A stretch of 64,000 bases of DNA from Candidatus Hydrogenedentota bacterium (GTDB taxonomy: Bacteria; Hydrogenedentota; Hydrogenedentia; Hydrogenedentales; JAJRTN01), in NCBI GenBank assembly GCA_024278275.1, contig JAJRTN010000002.1:19993-83992 (forward strand), in the 5' to 3' direction. Made by a program: the position numbers and the translations under genes. How positions within the stretch are numbered: the first letter of the stretch is position 1; the number at the start of each line of letters is the position of its first letter. Below are positions 59,377 to 64,000 of the stretch, piece after piece. The notes under the pieces were generated by a model. That model saw only the letters and a program-made list of their open reading frames with translations. It was not told the origin of the DNA and did not search any database.

Positions 59377-61510
59377 GCATTTCCTCAACCGCCTTCGAGG
59401 CGAACACAATGCCGCACCGCTTCACTTCCGATATGGGCGTGCCGGGCGGCGGATCCTGGGAAACGGCCCAGCCCGCGCCGCGGGGATCCCAGGGAACTCC
59501 CAGTTCACGCAGGGCGTCGCGCACCTGCCGTTTGGTCATGCCGCGGAAATCGGGCATCCCCGTTTCTTCCCTGCTTTCATCCGAATCCCGCGCCACAAGT
59601 TCCAGGCTGTCAAGTGATTCCAGGTCCAGGAAGGGGGTGCCTTCAATGGCGCCACCGCTCCTGTCGGCCAGTTTAATCCCCCCGGCGCCCGAATCACCGG
59701 CGTCTTCGACGGGTTCCTCCGGAACCCCCAGCCGAATGAGGGCTTCGCGTACCACGTCCCGGAACACGGGGCCGCAGACATAACCGCCGTAGTGAAGGCG
59801 TATGGCGGGCTCGGGAACCACGATCACCGCCACGAGCCGGGGCTTGCTCACGGGCGCGAAGCCCGCGAAGACGGGGGTCCACAAATGAGGGTCATAGCCC
59901 CGGCCATCCTTGCGGGCCACCTGGGCCGTACCCGTCTTGCCGCCCACGCGGTACTCGGGAATACTCGCGGGCTTGCCCGTGCCCTCAGCCACCACCAGGC
60001 GGCAGAGTTCGCGCATGGTCGCGGCCGTGCGCCCGGAAAGAATGCGGTTGGGGGGCAGCGGCTGGTGCCGGTACAGCACTTGTCCCGCGGCATCGACCAC
60101 CTTCTCGATGAAATAGGGTTCAACCAGGTAGCCGCCGTTGGCGATGACGGCATAGGCGCGGGCCAATTGGGGCATGGTCACGCCGATTTCCTGTCCCATG
60201 GGCAGGGACCCCATGGAAAGGCGGGACCATTTCGACCGGGGACGAAACAGGCCCGCGCTCTCGGTGATAAAATCCCGGCTTGTGGTGCTTCCAAAACCGA
60301 AGCGTCGAATCCACGCCTCCATGCGTTCCTCACCCAACAGGGCCGCCACCTTGATGATGGCGATATTGCTCGAAACGGCGAAGCATTCAGAAAAGGGGTG
60401 CAGCCCCGGGTTTCGGTGATCATCGGATATGGTATGTCCATAGGGGTTAAAGCGCCCGTTCAGCAGGTCTATCTGGGTCTCCTGCGTGATAAGCTGGTGC
60501 TCGAGGGCGGCCGAAGCGGTCACGATTTTGAAGGCGGAACCCGGCTCGAAAATATCCAGGACCGCCCGGTTGGCTCGAAGCGATCCGTCGAACTCGTCAT
60601 ACCGGTTGGGATCGAAGGCGGGCCGCGTCGCCATGGCCAGAATGGCGCCGGTATACGGATCCATGACAATGCCCATGCCACGGGGCGCCTTGCAGGCCGC
60701 CATGCGCTCATCCAGCGCCCGTTCCAGGGAATGTTGAATGGCCATGTCGATAGTCAGCACCACGTCGTGGCCGCCTTCGGGTTGCACCCGTTCCAGGGTG
60801 AGCGAGGGCAGGAGGAAACGGCCATCTTTGTTCGACGCCTTCCGTGCCCGAACGCTGCCGGGCACCGACGCGAGATAGGCATCCATGGTCTTTTCGACAC
60901 CTTCGGAGGCTTGGCCGTCCCGGTTTACGAAGCCCAGCAGATGGGCGGCCGAGTCACCCTGGGGATAGAACCGGATGGATTCTTTTCGCTCGCCGAAGGC
61001 CCCGGCGCCCGCCTCGATGATCGCGGGCAATGCGTTCCGTTCTTCGGGATCCCGAATCCAGCGCTTGAGCCAGACAAACTTCATGGGCCGCCCTTGCGCC
61101 GTTCGCCGCGTCATGGCGTCCATGGCGGCGTCCACCTCCAATCCCAGCGTGTCGTGCAACTGATTGGCCAGGGCCGCCGGGTCCAGGCCGCTGTCCTCCG
61201 CCAGCACCACCTCGGGCACGACATAGAGAGACGGCACCTTCTTATCCGTGGCCAGGGGAAGCGTCTCGTTTCGATCCAGAATGCGGCCGCGCGGCTTGTA
61301 GAGGTTGGCCTTCCCGATGTGTACACGCTCTTCCCGGCTCAATTCGTTCCGTGGGTTGAGATGAACGAAACAGAGCCGAATCCCGATGAGGGCAAGCGCC
61401 ACCATGGCGCATCCCAGAACCAGCCCAAGCCGCACGCGTTGAAGGCGCTCCGGCGGTGCTCCGAAGCGCTCCTGGTCGCGCCGGATGCGTCCTCTTCGGT
61501 TTAGGGTCAT
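59342..61510 (-). CDS. ftsI: Class B penicillin-binding protein with C-terminal PASTA domain
   Basis: RGRILDR, R.YPQG, EPGSAFK (SxxK), SSN, KTGTAQ; MPDFRG..VSQDPPPGT. Confidence 0.93.
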   Translation of the reverse strand: MTLNRRGRIRRDQERFGAPPERLQRVRLGLVLGCAMVALALIGIRLCFVHLNPRNELSREERVHIGKANLYKPRGRILDRNETLPLATDKKVPSLYVVPEVVLAEDSGLDPAALANQLHDTLGLEVDAAMDAMTRRTAQGRPMKFVWLKRWIRDPEERNALPAIIEAGAGAFGERKESIRFYPQGDSAAHLLGFVNRDGQASEGVEKTMDAYLASVPGSVRARKASNKDGRFLLPSLTLERVQPEGGHDVVLTIDMAIQHSLERALDERMAACKAPRGMGIVMDPYTGAILAMATRPAFDPNRYDEFDGSLRANRAVLDIFEPGSAFKIVTASAALEHQLITQETQIDLLNGRFNPYGHTISDDHRNPGLHPFSECFAVSSNIAIIKVAALLGEERMEAWIRRFGFGSTTSRDFITESAGLFRPRSKWSRLSMGSLPMGQEIGVTMPQLARAYAVIANGGYLVEPYFIEKVVDAAGQVLYRHQPLPPNRILSGRTAATMRELCRLVVAEGTGKPASIPEYRVGGKTGTAQVARKDGRGYDPHLWTPVFAGFAPVSKPRLVAVIVVPEPAIRLHYGGYVCGPVFRDVVREALIRLGVPEEPVEDAGDSGAGGIKLADRSGGAIEGTPFLDLESLDSLELVARDSDESREETGMPDFRGMTKRQVRDALRELGVPWDPRGAGWAVSQDPPPGTPISEVKRCGIVFASKAVEEMHATENAVETAG

Positions 61511-61542
61511 GGCACTGTGTTCCGTCTTTTCCGTATGCGCCG

Positions 61543-62085
61543 TCAGCGCGGTGGGACTTCCGTGTACGCCCGGAGTTCCGCCTCAAGATCGTCCTCGACC
61601 GTTTCAAGCGTCACCAGGCCGATGCCCCGCACGGGCGGGCTGTCGGGAATATCCTCCAACACGGGGGGATCGGCCAATGGCCCTTCCGGCACCATCCCGG
61701 CCTCCGGATGCCCGGACATGTCCCGGGCATCGGCGGCTTGAAGCGAGGCCAAAGCGAAAGGGTCCGGGGCCGCAGGAAGAAAAGAAGCGGCGTTGATGGT
61801 CACGATTTGTGTCGGGTCAGGTTCCACCAGCCCCAGTTTGTCCGCCATGTATTCCAGCCGATCCAGGTCTTGCAGACTCGCGGCGACCACGTGATCTTCC
61901 GAGAGGGCCGCCGAGAGCGCTTGCCGCCGTTCGGCAAGACGGCCCAGTTCAAAATCCCGGCGCCAGTTTTGAACATGCAGCCAGGCGTCGGCGAAAAGAA
62001 CCGACAGCGGAATTGCCACCACGGGCGCCCACCGAAGCCAATCCCACAACGCCTGCTTCCGCTGTTCCCTGATGACCACCCGCAT
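61543..62085 (-). CDS. ftsL: FtsL-like cell division protein
   Basis: Position between rsmH and ftsI; TM, coiled coil, RLEYMADKLGL. Confidence 0.65.
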   Translation of the reverse strand: MRVVIREQRKQALWDWLRWAPVVAIPLSVLFADAWLHVQNWRRDFELGRLAERRQALSAALSEDHVVAASLQDLDRLEYMADKLGLVEPDPTQIVTINAASFLPAAPDPFALASLQAADARDMSGHPEAGMVPEGPLADPPVLEDIPDSPPVRGIGLVTLETVEDDLEAELRAYTEVPPR

Positions 62086-62088
62086 TGC

Positions 62089-63048
62089 CTACGCCCCCGA
62101 ATCCGGCGCCGGCGCCGCCAGCCGTTCCACGGCGCGAAGCCGCGCGCTTTTCGAGCGGGGATTGCGCGCCGTCTCCGCCGGTCCCGGAACCACGGGCTTT
62201 GGGGTCAGCAGTTTTACCGAAGCTTTGATAACATGTCGAACCCGCCCGTCGGGACGCAATTCACGTTGCTTCCGTGACAGGTCGCGGAACAGGTTCTTCA
62301 CCACCCGGTCTTCGCCGGAATGGAAGCTGATCACCACCAGCCGCCCGCCGGCATGAAGCCGCCGTATCGCGGCCCGGATCCCTGATTCAAGGGAGGCCAA
62401 TTCCCTGTTCAAGGCCATGCGAACCGCCTGGAAAACGGTGCGCACCTCCACGGGAGTACCCTGTACGAAGGGCAAGGCTTCCGATACCGCCGCCGCCAGG
62501 TCGCCCGTCGTGGAAAGAACGCCCCGTTCGCGGCGCCGCAACATGGCGTCGGCGATGCGACGCGCAGGCCCCACGTCGCCGAAGCGACGAAGCATATTCA
62601 CCAGGTCCCGGCGGGTGACCCCCGCCAGGAATTCGGCCGCCGTGGGTCCCCGGGAAGTGTCCATGCGCATGTCCAAGGGAGCGTCTTCCTGGAATGAAAA
62701 ACCGCGGGTTTCATCGTCCAGTTGCATGCTCGAGACTCCCGCGTCGATCAAGATCCCGTCCACCGTCGAAACACCGTCAGCGTCCAGAACGGATTCAAGT
62801 TCACTGTAGTTGGCGTGATGCACGCGGGCGTGGGGGTATTCCGCCAGCCGTGACGACGCCAGCGTTACCGCCGCCGGGTCACGGTCGAGCGCTATCAGCC
62901 GTCCACCGGGGCACCGGGCCGCGATCTCCGAAGCATGCCCCCCAAGACCCGCGGTACAATCCAAATAACAACCGCCGGGCCGCGGCGCAAGCCAGGCAAG
63001 CACCTCTTCCGTCAAAACGGGAATGTGGGACGGTTCGTGGGTGCTCAT
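62089..63048 (-). CDS. rsmH: 16S rRNA m4C1402 methyltransferase
   Basis: HIPVL, DCTAGLGGH, GVSSMQLD, PLDMRM, ISFHSGEDR, NPRSKSARLR. Confidence 0.97.
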   Translation of the reverse strand: MSTHEPSHIPVLTEEVLAWLAPRPGGCYLDCTAGLGGHASEIAARCPGGRLIALDRDPAAVTLASSRLAEYPHARVHHANYSELESVLDADGVSTVDGILIDAGVSSMQLDDETRGFSFQEDAPLDMRMDTSRGPTAAEFLAGVTRRDLVNMLRRFGDVGPARRIADAMLRRRERGVLSTTGDLAAAVSEALPFVQGTPVEVRTVFQAVRMALNRELASLESGIRAAIRRLHAGGRLVVISFHSGEDRVVKNLFRDLSRKQRELRPDGRVRHVIKASVKLLTPKPVVPGPAETARNPRSKSARLRAVERLAAPAPDSGA

Positions 63049-63109
63049 GGGACGTTCCACGTCTCCGTGCCCAAACGCCACGGCGGCCGCGCCCGGAGGA
63101 TTGGCGAAC

Positions 63110-63457
63110 TCAGGCCGCTTCCTGGTATACCTGAATCGCCTGCGCCTCGGACTTGTGAACCTCGAAAACCTTCGAAATGCCCACCATGCGAAACAGGCGC
63201 TCCGTATAGAGGTTGACGCCGCTGAGCTTCATGTCGCCGCCATACGCGCGGAACTGGCGAAGCCGCTCCACCAGCACCCCAACGCCCATGTAACTCACGA
63301 ACTTCACCCCGGCCATGTTCACCACCACGTTGAACCGCTGATCCTGAATACAGGCCATCAGGTCCGTGCGAAGCTGATTCAGGCCATCTTCATCAATGTC
63401 ACCAGACAACCGAAGCACCGTGACCGCTCCCGTCTCCAACCGTTCTGTTTTAAGCAT
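63110..63457 (-). CDS. STAS domain protein (anti-sigma factor antagonist-like)
   Basis: VLRLSGDID, VVVNMAGVKFVSYMGVGVLV, GGDMKL, LFRMVGI; start overlaps the mraZ stop. Confidence 0.88.
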   Translation of the reverse strand: MLKTERLETGAVTVLRLSGDIDEDGLNQLRTDLMACIQDQRFNVVVNMAGVKFVSYMGVGVLVERLRQFRAYGGDMKLSGVNLYTERLFRMVGISKVFEVHKSEAQAIQVYQEAA

Positions 63458-63926
63458 CCCGCTCGTCTCCCTCGTTCGCCGCCGAGGCCGGCCTGCCGAA
63501 CAACTCCGCGGCCATCGCTTTGTATTGCGCCTGCTGACGCGCCTGAAAGGCCCGCCAGCCATCCTTGCTCCACAGTTCAAGGTGGTCTTCCACACCGATG
63601 AGTATCGCCTCCCGGTCGATGCCCGCGTATTCACGCAGATGAGCGGGAATCGAAAGACGGCCCTGGCGGTCGCGCTTCACCTTTGACACGCTTCCCACCA
63701 GCATTCGACGGAAATCCAGTATACGGGGCTCCAAGAGCCGCGTCCCACGGCTCTCCTGCAACACTTCTTCCCACTTCTCTTTGTGGAAAACAAAGAGCGC
63801 CCCGTCAAAGCCGCGGGTAATAAACCAGGTGTCGTGGTCCAGCACATCCATGACGGACCGAAACTGAACGGGAACATTCAGCCGGCCCTTGTCATCCACG
63901 GAGGCACTGGACTCACCGTAGTACAT
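63450..63926 (-). CDS. mraZ: Division/cell wall cluster transcriptional regulator MraZ
   Basis: VDDKGRLNVP, DRQGRLSIP, IGVEDHLELW. Confidence 0.96.
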   Translation of the reverse strand: MYYGESSASVDDKGRLNVPVQFRSVMDVLDHDTWFITRGFDGALFVFHKEKWEEVLQESRGTRLLEPRILDFRRMLVGSVSKVKRDRQGRLSIPAHLREYAGIDREAILIGVEDHLELWSKDGWRAFQARQQAQYKAMAAELFGRPASAANEGDERDA

Positions 63927-63939
63927 TACGAAGCAATCT

Positions 63940-63995
63940 CCCACAAATTACCCACTAACTACCGTTACAATACCACCATTAACCCCTTTTGTCAA
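63940..63995 (-). promoter_or_regulatory. dcw promoter with MraZ-binding direct repeats
   Basis: TTGACA (63995-63990), 17 bp, TATTGT with extended TG; GTGGT/ACGGT/GTGGG/GTGGG repeats at a 10-11 bp period. Confidence 0.75.
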
Positions 63996-64000
63996 CCCTT

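Overview
GC-rich bacterial chromosome segment. The gene repertoire (alginate-export porin, giant PKD/Ig lipoprotein, URO-D family protein, MMPL module) suggests an anaerobic diderm such as Candidatus Hydrogenedentota; this is inference only. Contents in order: ETF beta/alpha; an operon with an Xis-HTH response regulator, a hybrid histidine kinase and a heterodimeric ABC exporter; pdxJ; an ArsR-MMPL-LolA-like-beta-barrel envelope module; a ~2400-aa repeat lipoprotein; thyX (in-frame TAG) with class II nrdJ behind four NrdR-like boxes that flank a candidate structured RNA; a ~1.1 kb foreign remnant next to guaA (IS4 fragment, BRCT fragment, inverted-repeat element); guaBA; several metabolic genes, one frameshifted; pruA; and the 5' half of the dcw cluster. 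The dcw cluster has a STAS gene between mraZ and rsmH and a large insertion in MraY. No CRISPR array, rRNA, tRNA, reverse transcriptase or intact mobile element was seen. The best novelty candidates are the NrdR-box-flanked structured element upstream of thyX-nrdJ, the amber codon in thyX, the modified dcw cluster and the structured remnant beside guaA. All family assignments come from motif recognition, not database searches.
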